Source: an uncultured Chloroflexia bacterium
GTDB lineage: Bacteria > Chloroflexota > Dehalococcoidia > GIF9 > UBA5629
Direction of reading: 5' to 3'
DNA: 64,000 bases
Assembly (NCBI GenBank): GCA_963848815.1
Contig: CAWKFY010000019.1
Location: 13,286 to 77,285, forward strand
Position numbers and translations under genes: made by a program. Below are positions 31,096 to 42,451 of this stretch, piece by piece; position 1 is the first letter of the stretch; each line of letters opens with the position of its first letter. The notes beneath the pieces are model-generated. The model worked only from the letters and a program-made list of their open reading frames with translations, made no database searches and was not told the DNA's origin.

Positions 31096-32606
31096 CTATT
31101 TCTGCGTTAACCTGGATTGCCATACGGTATAGCCTGCCACCAGTCCGAATCCCACCGCCAGCATAATATGGAAGGGCAGCAGCGCGTATTCCCGCAGATA
31201 GAAGGCGAGAAACACGCCGCTCAGAAAATACAGCGACAGGAGGAATTCTATGGCGGTGATAGTGTCTGTGCCGTTAACCACGTATTTCTTGCCCTTCCAG
31301 CTATCAGTGTGTTTGTGGATATTATATTTGGGCGTCCTGATGAAGGGCATTTTCTTTCCTGCATAGCCCTCGACGGCAGCTACCGAATTGTGGAGTGAAA
31401 ATCCCATGGAGAACGAGAGGAACAGGAGGAAATCCTTGAGAAAAGGGGAAAATGGAACAGCTTTGCCAAAACCCCTGGAAGCCCGAAAGAACAGGCCGAG
31501 CGCCAGCAGGCTTAAAAGGGAAAAGGAAGCATATAAATAAATGCCGGCATACATCGGGTAACTACTCTTGATGAAGAGAAAGGGTATGCTAAGAAGTGAT
31601 GAAATCAGTATACAGGGGAATACCGTGCTATTGGTCAGGTGAAAAAAGGCGTGGATTTTAGTTAAAGCCGAAATTTTGGAGGACTTAAAAACGGCGGGCA
31701 GGTTTTTCCTCGCGCACTCGGCTGCACCCTTGGTCCAGCGGAATTGCTGGGTCTTGAGGGCGCTCATAGTAACCGGTAATTCGGCGGGGGTTCCCACGTT
31801 TTCCAGGTATTTGAACTTCCAGCCCCTGACCTGCGCCCGATAGCTAAGGTCGAGGTCCTCGGTCAATGTATCATGCTGCCAGTTACCCGCATCCAGGATA
31901 CAGGTCCTGCGCCATACGCCGCCCGTCCCGTTAAAATTGATGAAATAACCTCCGGCGCAGCGTCCTCTTTGCTCGATGCGGAAGTGGGCATCCAACCCGA
32001 ATGCCTGCAGGTGCGTTAACAGAGAATAGTCTTCGTTGACATGCTCCCACCTGGTTTGCACTACCCCTATTCCGGCATCCTGAAAATAAGGGATGGTCCT
32101 CCGCAGGAAATCGGGAGGAGGAAGGAAATCGGCGTCGAAAATAGCGATAAACTCGCCCCTGGCCAGCGTAAGCCCATGCGCCAGGGCGCCGGCCTTGAAG
32201 CCTATGCGGTCGTTCCTGGTAATATGTGATATATCGACGCCCCCGGCTCTGAGCGTCTTTGCATTTTGATTCGGCCAGGTCGAAGGTCTCGTCGGTAGAA
32301 TCGTCCAGGACCTGGATTTCAAACCTGTTGGCGGGGTAATCGAAGGTGCTTACGGCGTCGATCAGCCTTTCGACCACATATAGCTCATTATAAACGGGCA
32401 ATTGCACGGTTACGAAGGGCAGGTCCTCAGGCAACGGCGGATCACAGTCATCTATGCGGGTTTGCCCGTGACTTTTTGTTTTGTTTGAAACAGCGGTAGA
32501 CCAGGTTGACCTGCGTGAGGCTGTATAAAAAGATAAACAGCAGCGGCAGAGCATAGACCGTGAACACAATTACCATCCAGGCTGGAATATTCGCCATTGC
32601 TGCTTT
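31096..32606 (-). CDS. Membrane-bound family-2 glycosyltransferase (processive synthase-like); two frameshifts (~32270 and the A5 run ~32490)
   Basis: Pieces: N-terminal [21 protein letters not shown]..., then 31931..32569 ([12 protein letters not shown]...[10 protein letters not shown]), then 31096..32322 ([15 protein letters not shown]...QxxRW-like FRWTKG) plus C-terminal TM helices. Confidence 0.7.
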
Positions 32607-32611
32607 CCAGC

Positions 32612-33317
32612 CTACCCGTACCTCAAAATGGAGCTGATTATTTTATATCCGGCCATGATAGTTCCCTTTATTGTACCCGATATTTTAGATTTGCCGATTC
32701 TGGGACGATAGCTGACCGGCACTTCGCAGACCCTGAAATGATGCTTGACCGCCTTTAACTGCATTTCGACGGGCCAGCCGTAGGTCCTGTCCTGCATATC
32801 CAGTTCGATCAGCTTATCGAATTTTATGGCCCGGAAAGGGCCGAGGTCCGTGAACTCAGCACCGTGGAAGGTCTTTATTAGCCAGGTTGCCAGCCTGTTG
32901 CCGAGTACCTGCTGGGCAGGCATGGCGCCTTTGCGAACTTTCCCCAGTGATCTGGAACCCAGCACCATATCGAAGTTTTGTTTCGAAGATCGGTTCGATC
33001 AAGGCTGTCATTTCAGCCGGATAATCTGAGTAATCGGCATCCAGAAATACCACGATATCCGGCTTTTGCGGATGTGACTCCAGATATTCGACGCCTCTCA
33101 TGCAGGCGTAACCATATCCCAGCCTCGGCTCTTCCACCACTGTGGCGCCCTTTTCCGCTGCGATCCTGCCCGTGTCGTCGGAGGAGCTGTTGTTTACCAC
33201 AACTATCTCGGCCTCCAGGCTTGGGGGTATATCCGCCAGGACTTTTGCAATAGAAGCCGCCTCGTTGAAGGCGGGTATGATCACCGCAATGCCGGTTACC
33301 CATTTATTGCTAATCAA
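32612..33317 (-). CDS. GT2 glycosyltransferase, dolichol/polyprenol-phosphate sugar synthase-like; frameshift near 32970
   Basis: Pieces are 32856..33317 (IAVIIPAFNEAASI...VVNNSSSDDT...FLDADYSD) and 32612..32968 (MVLGSRSLGK...). Confidence 0.75.
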
Positions 33318-33334
33318 CGCTATTCCTGGTGTGT

Positions 33335-34042
33335 TTATTGAAACAGGTCGGTCTCTCTAGCTTTCTTATGAGGGTGGGCCAGATAGAGGAACTCCTTATG
33401 GGTAAAAGGTAACTCCCGATTACTGCGCAGCATTTTAATGAAGTCCCGCGCGTCCTTCTGGGACCTGTGACATTCCAGGGCCTTGATCTTAATGTCCAGC
33501 GAGCCGGTGACATCTATGGTAGTGGTGATCTCGTTATCGGGACGTGTCACGATCCCCATTTCGTCTGGGTTGGGTACCAGGCTGGCCGGGACCGTTACAT
33601 AGTAGAGCTTGGCCGGGTTGTCGTCTGCCGTGAACTTTTTATAAGCCGCCGTTGCCGCCTTGCCGATGGCGATATGGTCGGGGTGGCGGCTTACGCCGTC
33701 GGGGCCGAAGGTTATGATAACTGCGGGACGGAGGCTTTGCATTATGCCGAGGACTTTGCCGGCGATCTCGTCCTGGGGCGCCTTATCCAGGTCGGCATCG
33801 ATATAGCCTAAAAAGTAAATCTCCCGTATGCCGAGGATGGCAGCGGCGCATCGTAACTCCGCCTCCCTGGCCGTGCCCGTCGGCATGCCTTCCGGCACGC
33901 CGAGCCGCTTTCCACGTTCACCCCTGGTAGCGCAAACCAGGTCCACAGGGACGCCCTGCCGGGTGTATTTGAGTATGGTGCCGGACAGGCCGAAACTCTC
34001 ATCATCCGGATGGGCAAATACCAGGAGGATACTGCGTTTCAT
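33335..34042 (-). CDS. PIG-L / LmbE family N-acetylglucosaminyl deacetylase
   Basis: VFAHPDDESFG motif at the N-terminus. Confidence 0.85.
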   Translation of the reverse strand: MKRSILLVFAHPDDESFGLSGTILKYTRQGVPVDLVCATRGERGKRLGVPEGMPTGTAREAELRCAAAILGIREIYFLGYIDADLDKAPQDEIAGKVLGIMQSLRPAVIITFGPDGVSRHPDHIAIGKAATAAYKKFTADDNPAKLYYVTVPASLVPNPDEMGIVTRPDNEITTTIDVTGSLDIKIKALECHRSQKDARDFIKMLRSNRELPFTHKEFLYLAHPHKKARETDLFQ

Positions 34043-34095
34043 CGATCACCATATTAATAACAAGAGTGGCGCCGACTCAAACAGGCAAGTAGATG

Positions 34096-35596
34096 CTAAG
34101 GTTTGAGCGCGTTGAGAATGGCGGGATCGAGTCCGCTGAACTGCGAAAGCCATTCCACCCTTTCCTTTTTTAACTTCCGGCAAAGCTTGTTTATCTGGTC
34201 TTCCGAATAGTAGTTGTTCAGGTCGAAACGGGACATGTCCAGCCCTGGGATCTCCACGGGCACTTCGTATCCCCAGAAATCATCCGTTTTCCAGACTATC
34301 TTATCCCTGGCAATCATCTCGAGGATTTTCACCGAGTCATGCACGGTTATCTTCTGTCCACTTACAGTCCCGCCCACGGTGCCTGTGTTTAGCAGATAGC
34401 ATTGCATGTGCGGGTTATCTTTCAATATTTTGAGGAAAAGGTTACCTTCGTCTTCCTCTGAGCCGACTATGAAAGGATTGGTGCCGACCACGCGGCGGGG
34501 TTTGCCTGCCTGGCTGGGATCGCCTGCCGATGTCTCGACCGATTCCCCCAGCATGAAGGCGGCGGCGCCCCACTCCCGTGAAAGCCTTACCACGGGAGGG
34601 ATGATCTCGTTATGCCTGGTTATGAATATCAGGTTATCCACTTTCTCAAGGTCGATATTGTTATCGGTAAAGGCGATATCGCGCCTTTTTACCATGGCCC
34701 GGCCATTGGAGGTGAGCGTGGAGTCGAAGAAGTCGACTTTGCCCGTAGCCGCGTCGACGTGAACATTCTCGAGTATGGCCCGTGGGCTGATGGCGGCTGC
34801 ATATAGCAGCGGCTGCGCTCCGGGCTCCAGCGCATCTGTCTTCATATAGAATGATTCTTCGGTCCCGATGGCGCTACTATTAGATTTCAATATTACGACG
34901 TCATCCTGCCGGATTATCACCCTCTCCGGAGGACGCAGCCAGTGGGAATGGCAGGCCAGCGACGTCTTGCCCGTGCCGCTGAGGCCAAACAGCAGAAAGC
35001 CCTTGTCAACCAGCTTTCCATCTCTGCATTATGCGTAAAATTTTACTGGCGGCGTGAAGCCCCAGGTTGCCGTCTTTTTTAGACCAGTACATAACCTGCC
35101 GCAGCATGGCTTTCTTATTTTCGCCCTTATAGTCGCTGCCCATGATCAATGTCATGCCGGACTCGGGGAAGACCAGCACTTTCTTCTCAGGCCAGTCAGG
35201 GACGGTAATGGTAATGAAGTCCGGCTCACCGGGCTCAGCAGGGAAAAGCGTGTTGCCCCACATAAGCGGGATGCGCGGGTAGTCGGCCACGACGTAGACG
35301 CGGCACTTCCTTTTATAGCCATCCTTCTGGCACATTACGCGGTCCAGCATGATCATCTCCTTGTCCTTCAGATATGCCATTACATCCATAACCAGCTTCA
35401 TATACTCATTCTCAGGTTCCCCCAGCACGATCTCAGTAAACTTGGCGATGCGGTTGCGAACCCTGGTCGTTACAGCGAGGTTGCCGAATTCGGTAATGAC
35501 GCCTCCCTGCTCCAGAGCCCAGTCCCTGAGCTGGCCCTCGGAAGGATTATCGATGATCTTTTTAGGATGAAACTGCTGATTAAAAATATCTCGCAT
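34096..35596 (-). CDS. pckA: Phosphoenolpyruvate carboxykinase (ATP); frameshift near 34935
   Basis: Pieces are 35006..35596 (N-terminal) and 34096..34920+ (C-terminal). Kinase-1a motif FGLSGTGKTSL is recovered across the frame junction. Confidence 0.85.
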
Positions 35597-35730
35597 AGTG
35601 AATTCCGCCTAATTTACGTTTGCGTTTATTATACTATATTTGATGCGCGGTAGAGGGAATCGGTTGGTTATCTAAGGTATAGATGGACGGCGGTTCTTCT
35701 GTGCCGCATATTGTATTAAAATAATACGTT

Positions 35731-37029
35731 ATGGTTGCCGACAATAACCTGCATGGCGCGCAAGCCCCGGAACAACCTGCGGGGGTGGCCCTGGTATTCA
35801 GGGCGCTACGCGGCCGCAATTACCGTTTGTTTTTTATAGGACAGGGCATTTCGCTGATCGGCACCTGGATGCAGCAGGTAGCCATGAGCTGGCTGGTCTA
35901 CAGCATGACCAACTCGGCTTTCCTGCTGGGCGTAGTAGCATTCTCCTCGACTATCTTCAGCTTTATCCTGGCCCCTTTTTCCGGGGTGGTTATCGACAGG
36001 CTCAACCGCCACCGTATCGTGATTATCACGCAGAGTCTCTCCATGGTGCAGGCACTGGTGCTGACCGCCGTGGTAATGACCGGATCAGCGGCCGTGTGGA
36101 ACCTGATACTTTTGAGCGCATGTCTGGGCATTATAAATGCCGTCGACATGCCGACACGCCAGTCTTTCGTAGTAGAGATGGTAGATAACAGGGAAGATTT
36201 AAGCAATGCCATAGCACTAAATTCGTCGTTATTTAACAGCGCCAGGCTGATTGGTCCTTCCGTGGCGGGCATACTGGTAGCAATAATAGGCGAAGGGCTG
36301 TGCTTCCTTTTGAACGGCTTGAGCTTCATTGCTGTTATAGCCTGCCTGCTGGCAATGAAGATAGCTCCTAAGCCGGCAGCGACTGAACAGCCTCATTTTT
36401 TCAAGGGGATGAAGGAAGGTCTGACCTACGCTTTCGGATTTGCTCCCATCAGGTACATCATACTGTTACTGTGCTTTGCCAGCCTGGTGGCCATGCCTTA
36501 TACCGTCCTTCTGCCGGTCTTTGCCAGCCAGATACTCAGCGGCGGCGCCAATATATTTGGATTCCTGACTACGGCTGCCGGGACCGGGGCGCTGGTCGGC
36601 GCCATCTATATGGCGTCCCGCAAGAGTGTTGTAGGGATAATTAAGGTACTCGTGATAGCATCGCTGGCCTTCGCCACAGGCCTCATTGCCCTCTCCTTTA
36701 CCAAGGTATTGTGGCTCTCCCTGATTGCCATGTCCATCGCAGGCTTTGGCATGGTGGTGACTATGGCGTGCTGCAATACATTTTTGCAAACCATCGCAGA
36801 AGATGATAAACGCGGCCGGGTTATGGGCTTTTATGTAATGGCTTTCATGGGGCTGTCGCCCTTCGGCAGTCTGCTTTATGGCGGCCTGGCCAGCGCCATG
36901 GGGACTCCCGCAACGCTGATGACGGAGGAGCGCTGTACCTGGCGGGTGTACTGATATTCGCCTGGAAGTTTTCCTCTCTCCGAAGTTTTATGCACGAGGT
37001 CTACCTGAAGAAAGGGATTATCCCGGAAT
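35731..37029 (+). CDS. MFS transporter (EntS/YbdA-like); C-terminal frameshift near 36925
   Basis: 12-TM MFS architecture. After 36925 the frame continues as GGALYLAGVLIFAWKF...KGIIPE to 37029. Confidence 0.75.
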
Positions 37030-37095
37030 GAATCGGTCCTGGCCAATCGGACCGGACCATTATACTTCCAAAGGTTCCCAAAACAAACAAGACAA

Positions 37096-37126
37096 AGACG
37101 GCTTACGAAACCGTCTTTGTCTTGTA
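37096..37126. terminator. Perfect hairpin GACAAAGACGG-cttacgaaa-CCGTCTTTGTC between convergent genes
   Basis: 11-bp perfect stem read from the sequence. A/T-rich runs flank both sides, so it may act bidirectionally. Confidence 0.45.
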
Positions 37127-37145
37127 AATGTCAGCTTAAAAAAAT

Positions 37146-37287
37146 ACTAGGCTTTGCCGATGCGGAACATCTTGGTGCCGCATTTTGCGCAGACGCCCTG
37201 GGTTGCCGGTTTGCCATTCTTCATCTTAATGGCCTTGGCATTTTTCATTTCCCTCTTGGCCCTGCATTTCATGCAATAAGCTTCCAT
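37146..37287 (-). CDS. DUF5679-like small zinc-ribbon protein (47 aa)
   Basis: MEAYCMKCRAKREMKNAKAIKMKNGKPATQGVCAKCGTKMFRIGKA; perfect SD (AGGAGGTAAATTC) before the ATG. Not in the supplied ORF track because it is under 60 aa. Confidence 0.6.
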
Positions 37288-37569
37288 GAATTTACCTCCT
37301 ACGTATTTACGATTAGAATAGTGGATTGTTTGAAGCTTGTCAAGTACGGCGTCGTAGCTGTTATAGATAGGCGGGGGAAATTTCTTAAAAGTGATCGTAA
37401 AAAAGTATAAAAAATTCGCAAAATTTCATACAGGCGACCTTCGTAAGAAATGATAAGGCAATGGCAAAGACTGACACGAGAGATGTCACCCCGGGTCTTA
37501 ACGCCGTTTTGCCAGGGAAGTTCCTTTTCCCTATAATTGGCAGTTGCCGAAAGGAATATTTTCTTATTT

Positions 37570-38108
37570 GAATTCTGCTATGAAGTTAGTAGCGCTGGTA
37601 GGGATGCCCGGCTCGGGAAAATCGGAGGTGGCCGAAGTTTTGAATACAATGGCTATAAGACCATCAGGTTCGGCGACATGACGGACGAAGAGGTAAAAAG
37701 AAGAGGGCTTGAGTTAAATGAGCAGAACGAGCGCAGCGTGAGGGAAGACCTGCGAAAGCAATATGGAATGGCCGCCTACGCCATCCTGAATTTGCCCAGG
37801 ATCGAAGCCGCCCTTAAGATCATCGAACGTGGTGCTGGACGGGCTTTATTCCTGGGAAGAGTATAAATATCTGAAAGAGAAGATCAAAATTAAATTGAAA
37901 TAGTTGCCGTGTGGTCGCCGCCCGCTTTACGCTACTCAAGATTGCAAGCGAGGAAAATCAGGCCGCTTTGACCGAAGAGCAGGCCAGAGCCAGGGATTTT
38001 GCCGAAATTGAAAATGTTAATAAGGGCGGTCCCATAGCCATGGCGGATTACACTCTGAAGAATGACTCGACGCTGCGAGATCGCTTAAAGAAAAGGCCGA
38101 TAAAATAA
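37570..38108 (+). CDS. P-loop nucleotide kinase-like protein (archaeal-type adenylate/dephospho-CoA-kinase-like family); at least 3 frameshifts, likely pseudogene or error hotspot
   Basis: MKLVALVGMPGSGKSEVAEVL (Walker A) in frame A, GYKTIRFGDMTDEEVKRRGLE... in frame B, VVLDGLYSWEEYKYLKEKIKIKLK in frame C, and the C-terminus in ORF 37911..38108. Confidence 0.45.
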
Positions 38109-38121
38109 TTAAGGCAGTGAA

Positions 38122-38604
38122 ATGAAAAAAGCCAGAAGGCCCGGCCTGGACGAATATTTTCTCAAGATAGCGTGGGTTGTGGCCGAGAGGGCAACCTGCG
38201 AGCGGCACCACGTCGGCGCCGTAGCGGTCAGGGATAAGCATATCCTGTCCACGGGCTATAACGGCGCGGCGGCAGGGGTTAAAGATTGCCTGGAGCTGGG
38301 TTGTCTCCGGGATGAGCTGAAAATACCATCGGGCACACGGCATGAGATTTGCCGCGGCATCCATGCCGAGCAGAATGCCATCATCCAGGCTTCACTGCAT
38401 GGAGTCAGCCTCGAAGGCGCAACCCTTTATTGCACGCATACTCCCTGCATACTCTGCGCCAAGATGCTGGCCAATGCCCGCATCAAGCGCTTCGTAACCT
38501 TCGGAAAATATGCGGACGATGCCTTCCTGGAGCTATTCAAGGAAGCGGGAATCGAGTTTGAATTGAAGCCGAAGCCCTCTTCGCATATAGGCTCACTGGA
38601 TTAA
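38122..38604 (+). CDS. dCMP deaminase (cytidine/deoxycytidylate deaminase family)
   Basis: HAEQNAI...PCILCAKM zinc-binding motifs. Confidence 0.85.
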   Translation: MKKARRPGLDEYFLKIAWVVAERATCERHHVGAVAVRDKHILSTGYNGAAAGVKDCLELGCLRDELKIPSGTRHEICRGIHAEQNAIIQASLHGVSLEGATLYCTHTPCILCAKMLANARIKRFVTFGKYADDAFLELFKEAGIEFELKPKPSSHIGSLD

Positions 38605-38635
38605 TATGATCTTGTTAATACCGGGGTGAACACAA

Positions 38636-38839
38636 ATGAGGGAATGCAAACTGAGCGATAATAAGTCCAGGTGCAACTGTACATATGAGCCGTGCCCGCG
38701 CAAAGGCCTGTGCTGCGAGTGCATAAGGTATCATCAGGAGTTCGGCGAATTGCCGGCCTGCTGCTTCCCGGCGGAAATCGAACGCACTTACGACCGCTCG
38801 ATTGAGAGATTCATTGCCTTCCACCAGAAGAAACGCTGA
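38636..38839 (+). CDS. Small Cys-rich protein (DUF6485-like)
   Basis: [21 protein letters not shown]...ACCF; 67 aa. Confidence 0.5.
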   Translation: MRECKLSDNKSRCNCTYEPCPRKGLCCECIRYHQEFGELPACCFPAEIERTYDRSIERFIAFHQKKR

Positions 38840-38856
38840 ACAGGGGGTCTAATCGA

Positions 38857-39393
38857 TCAACCGGGCTTATCACCCCGGCTGTAAAGGCAGCCGCAATAGT
38901 TCTGCCGGTATATTTCCCAGCTTCTGGCCAGCTCCGTGGCCTTCTTAAAACCGTCCTTCTTCTTGAAGTCCCTCGCCAGGAACCTTTCTCCGCCTATTTC
39001 CGCGCCGATGGCGTTAATGATTCCGGCGGACTTGTGTGGACTGATGGTCAGGGTCGACGTGAAAGCGTCGTGGCCGCTCTCCAGCATAAACTTAAATGAC
39101 GTTTCGAGACGGATGCGGTAGCATATGGAGCAACGCCGGCCGCCTTCCGGCTCATGCTTGAGCGCTTCGGTCGCCGCCAGCCAGGCCGCCGGATCGTAAG
39201 GCCCTTCGAAAAGAGAGAAGCCCAGGCGTTCGGCAGTTGTGCGGGCGGCCGCCAGCCGGCGCTTATATTCGTCTTCAGGGTGGATGTTGGGATTGTAGAA
39301 ATAGCCTGTAACGGTATGGCCTTCAGCCAGCAACACGCTGGCGGCGCCTGCCGCGCACACGCCGCAGCAGACGTGCAGAACAATCTTCATCAA
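38857..39393 (-). CDS. queH: Epoxyqueuosine reductase QueH (DUF208)
   Basis: MKIVLHVCCGVCAAGA N-terminus and C-terminal CGCLYS. Confidence 0.85.
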   Translation of the reverse strand: MMKIVLHVCCGVCAAGAASVLLAEGHTVTGYFYNPNIHPEDEYKRRLAAARTTAERLGFSLFEGPYDPAAWLAATEALKHEPEGGRRCSICYRIRLETSFKFMLESGHDAFTSTLTISPHKSAGIINAIGAEIGGERFLARDFKKKDGFKKATELARSWEIYRQNYCGCLYSRGDKPG

Positions 39394-39411
39394 GCTATAT
39401 TTTAACGGTCT

Positions 39412-40191
39412 TCAGCCTTTTTTGCCTTTGACTTTATCCAGGAAGCGCTGTTCGATCCTTTTCAAGAAGCTGGGATCGGAGAAGGCCAGGCTCTGCGCCA
39501 TGCCGGCGCATTCGAGAGCATCATCCATGCTCATGTTCATACTCATATCAACATTGCGCTTTGAGAGGCCGACGCCGATGATGCCGTTGGCCATGATCTC
39601 TTTGGCCCAGGCGATCCCCGTCTTCTCCAGGTCCTCCGGTTTGACGATCTCGTTGACCAGCCCCCATTTCTCCGCCTTTTGGGCATCGATTATTTTACCG
39701 GTCAGGATAAGTTCCTTGGCCCGGCCCAGGCCAACCACACGCGGCAACCTCTGGCTGCCTCCTCCATCTGGAACGATGCCCATGTTGACTTCGGGTATAT
39801 TGAAGACGGCCTCGGGAGTGCATATCCTCATATCGCAGGCCAGCGCCAGTTCCAGGGCTGCGCCGAAGCAGAAGCCGTGTATGAGAGCGATGACCGCTTT
39901 TTCCAGCAACTCGATCTCACGAAAGGCGCTCTGAAAGTAGCGGACAAACCTTCGAATCTCCTGCTGGTCGGCGGTGGACTGAAATGAAGTCAGGTCGGTC
40001 CCGGCGCAGAACCCCTTTCCTTCACCCGAAAGAAGAACCACCTGCACGCTGGGCCTGGTAGCAACTTCAGCGAAGCACTGGCGGATGTCCGTGATTACCC
40101 GTTGGTTGACGGCATTTCTCTTTTCAGGACGATTGAGTTTTACATGTAGGATGCCTTCTTTTTCACTGTACGAGAGGGTTTGAAATTGCAT
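39412..40191 (-). CDS. Enoyl-CoA hydratase/isomerase (crotonase) family protein
   Basis: Crotonase fold motifs (GEGKGFCAGTDL). AAGGAG SD before the ATG at 40191. Confidence 0.85.
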   Translation of the reverse strand: MQFQTLSYSEKEGILHVKLNRPEKRNAVNQRVITDIRQCFAEVATRPSVQVVLLSGEGKGFCAGTDLTSFQSTADQQEIRRFVRYFQSAFREIELLEKAVIALIHGFCFGAALELALACDMRICTPEAVFNIPEVNMGIVPDGGGSQRLPRVVGLGRAKELILTGKIIDAQKAEKWGLVNEIVKPEDLEKTGIAWAKEIMANGIIGVGLSKRNVDMSMNMSMDDALECAGMAQSLAFSDPSFLKRIEQRFLDKVKGKKG

Positions 40192-40281
40192 CGAACTGCT
40201 CCTTAAATAATATTGCGAGAGTTGCACAAATACAGTAATGGCCTGTGAACTGTATAAAATTACGTCTCTTCAGCCCGTCTG

Positions 40282-41615
40282 TCAAGCTTCAAGTGCAGCA
40301 GACTTGGGCGGCGCGCAGAAAAGTATCAGCATCAGGCCGATCAATGCACCTGCACAGCCTATGATGACGGCGGCGGCGTAATTCCCATTGATGTCAAAAA
40401 TGAATCCGGCTATAGCAGGCGCAGAATACTGAAAAATCGACCCGACAGGATTGCTGATCCTGCTCATTTTGGGAAATGATTCAATCCCGAAATAGTTGCC
40501 TATTATCAGGGGTTGGCAAACATAGGTGGCCCCGAATCCAAAACCGGTAAAGAGAGGGTACAGGTATACGGCCCAAAGTGTTTCTTTGGAGGCCATCCAG
40601 AAAAGGGCGCCCCCAATTAAAAGAGAGACTCCGGCCAAAGATATAATGAAGCGCGGCTCCATACGGTCTCCCATTAAGGAAACGCTCAGCCTTCCGATGA
40701 TGCTGAAAGCCAGAATAAGACCGTAAACAAATGCGGGCTGCAAAACCAATAAGGGGTCCGAGGGCGAGAATCCCCGGTCTTGCAGATGGGCAGGTGTTTG
40801 GGTAAGTATGGTTTGCCATAAATAGAAAATAAGTCCTATCGATATCACGATCATCCAGAGTGAACGGGTTCGAATTGCATCGCTGAAACGCCAGTTCACG
40901 GGCGAACGGTAGGTTTTGATCAACCGTTGTTTGGGCTGTTTAATAGCTTCATGCAATTGGTCCGGCGATAGGCCGTCAGGGTGTTGACCGAGGTCTTCCG
41001 GCCGGTTGCGGACTGCCAGCATCGCTATGACCGCTCCGGTGAAACAGGCCAGGGCGATCACATACCATCCTATGTGCCAGTCTCCCCCTGAATTGACGAT
41101 GGCGGCGTTTATGATCTGGGGGTAGACAAAACCGCCTATAGCGCCTCCACCCAGCACCAGGCCCATAGCCAGTGCCCGGTGCACATTGAACCACAGCATC
41201 ACCAATGCCTGGACGGGACGACGGTGCCGAAGGATACTCCCAACCCTACAAAGAAGCAGATGATCCAGTAGGCAACCGGATAGATGTGGCCGCCGAGAGT
41301 CAGTGAAATGTGACCCAGCAGGGCGACCAGGATGCTGGAAATTGCCGCTATAACGGCGCCGATCGCCAGAGTTTTTCTTGGCCCGAAGCGGTCTATCATC
41401 CAGGGTACTAGCAATGCCCCTATGCCCAGCATTAAGCCGATGATGGAATATCCCAGATTGATCTCGCCGCGCGGCCATTTCAGGCTGTCGGCCATAAAGG
41501 TGTTAATCACCGGGGGGCCGTAAAGAGCAAAGCCGATGGGAATGGAATAGACCAGGCAAAGGACCGGCAGCAGCCACCATCCGTAGAAACCGCGGTCCCG
41601 CATTTTATCGGCCAT
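40282..41615 (-). CDS. MFS transporter (oxalate/formate antiporter-like family); frameshift near 41210
   Basis: Pieces are 41199..41615 (N-terminal) and 40282..41478. Confidence 0.75.
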
Positions 41616-41801
41616 CTGTTAATTTACCGGTGTAATTTACAGGACTATTATGATTGCCCATGAGTTTAGCTGGGTATTATAACATCGCCTGAAATATTTG
41701 GATAACGGGCAGGAGTATCGTCAGCCTGCCAAATATTGTAGCGGGGGCGGACATTTAATACGGTAAAGTTTGTGGCCATATGCATCTTCACTAATATGCA
41801 G

Positions 41802-41817
41802 TTGCGCAAAAGCGCAA
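41802..41817. promoter_or_regulatory. Palindrome TTGCGC-AAAA-GCGCAA, 94 nt upstream of Cys-rich paralog A; conserved GTGTTAAATT box 44 nt downstream
   Basis: Read directly from the sequence. The identical half-sites and spacing recur upstream of paralog B. Confidence 0.5.
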
Positions 41818-41910
41818 TTGCTTACTAAGTATTACGGCGGATGCTGTGGCCTCAGTATGGTGTTAAATTATATTCAACTGAAAGATGATGGAAGACAGGA
41901 GGCAAAGAAA

Positions 41911-42252
41911 ATGGCGAAGACATTAGAAAAAATTGAAACTCAAGCTGAACCGAAGGAAGACCGGGGATTCAATTTCTGGACTGATAAGACCCCATGCTGG
42001 GAGGTCTCCCACTGCACGAATATGATCAAGGGCGAGTGCCCTGCATTTAAGTACCAGTTCCTGCCGTGCTGGGAAATAGAAGGGACTTACTGCAAACTGG
42101 ATGACTACGGTTCCGATGGTAAAGACACCAGCATTTGCGAGGTCTGCCGTGTATACAAGACCTACGGTGACGGGAAACCGATCCAGTTGAAGTTGATGGG
42201 ACGTGGGATCAACACGTCGATACAGATGCTCGAAAAAACAGCAGTAGCCTAA
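41911..42252 (+). CDS. Small 7-Cys protein, paralog A (113 aa; PCWE...GECP...LPCWEIEGTYCKLDD...SICEVCRVYK)
   Basis: AGGAGG SD 8 nt before the ATG. Followed directly by an intrinsic terminator. About 65% identical to paralog B over the core. Confidence 0.6.
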   Translation: MAKTLEKIETQAEPKEDRGFNFWTDKTPCWEVSHCTNMIKGECPAFKYQFLPCWEIEGTYCKLDDYGSDGKDTSICEVCRVYKTYGDGKPIQLKLMGRGINTSIQMLEKTAVA

Positions 42253-42280
42253 CCTCCTGAGATATCATTAAGCGCTTCAA

Positions 42281-42310
42281 TCCCTCCCCGCTGAGGGGAG
42301 GGATTTTTTA
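42281..42310 (+). terminator. Rho-independent terminator (TCCCTCCCC-gctga-GGGGAGGGA + T6)
   Basis: Read directly from the sequence, 29 nt after the stop codon of paralog A. Confidence 0.7.
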
Positions 42311-42339
42311 TTTACCTTTCAGCATAGGCCGGCGGACAC

Positions 42340-42355
42340 TTGCGCTTTTGCGCAA
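42340..42355. promoter_or_regulatory. Palindrome TTGCGC-TTTT-GCGCAA, 97 nt upstream of Cys-rich paralog B; nested in ACTTGCG...CGCAAGT
   Basis: Read directly from the sequence. A GTGTTAAATT box recurs at the same offset as for paralog A. Confidence 0.5.
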
Positions 42356-42451
42356 ACGCAAGTTAAGCGTTAAAACGGATGGCGGTAAGCAAGGCCTGTG
42401 TTAAATTGGTAACGTAAACAAACAAACTGACCGATAAAGGAGGCAAATCAA

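Noticed and set aside
36466-36789. 107-aa minus-strand ORF with a His/Gly-rich translation
   Set aside because: It lies entirely antisense within the MFS transporter gene.
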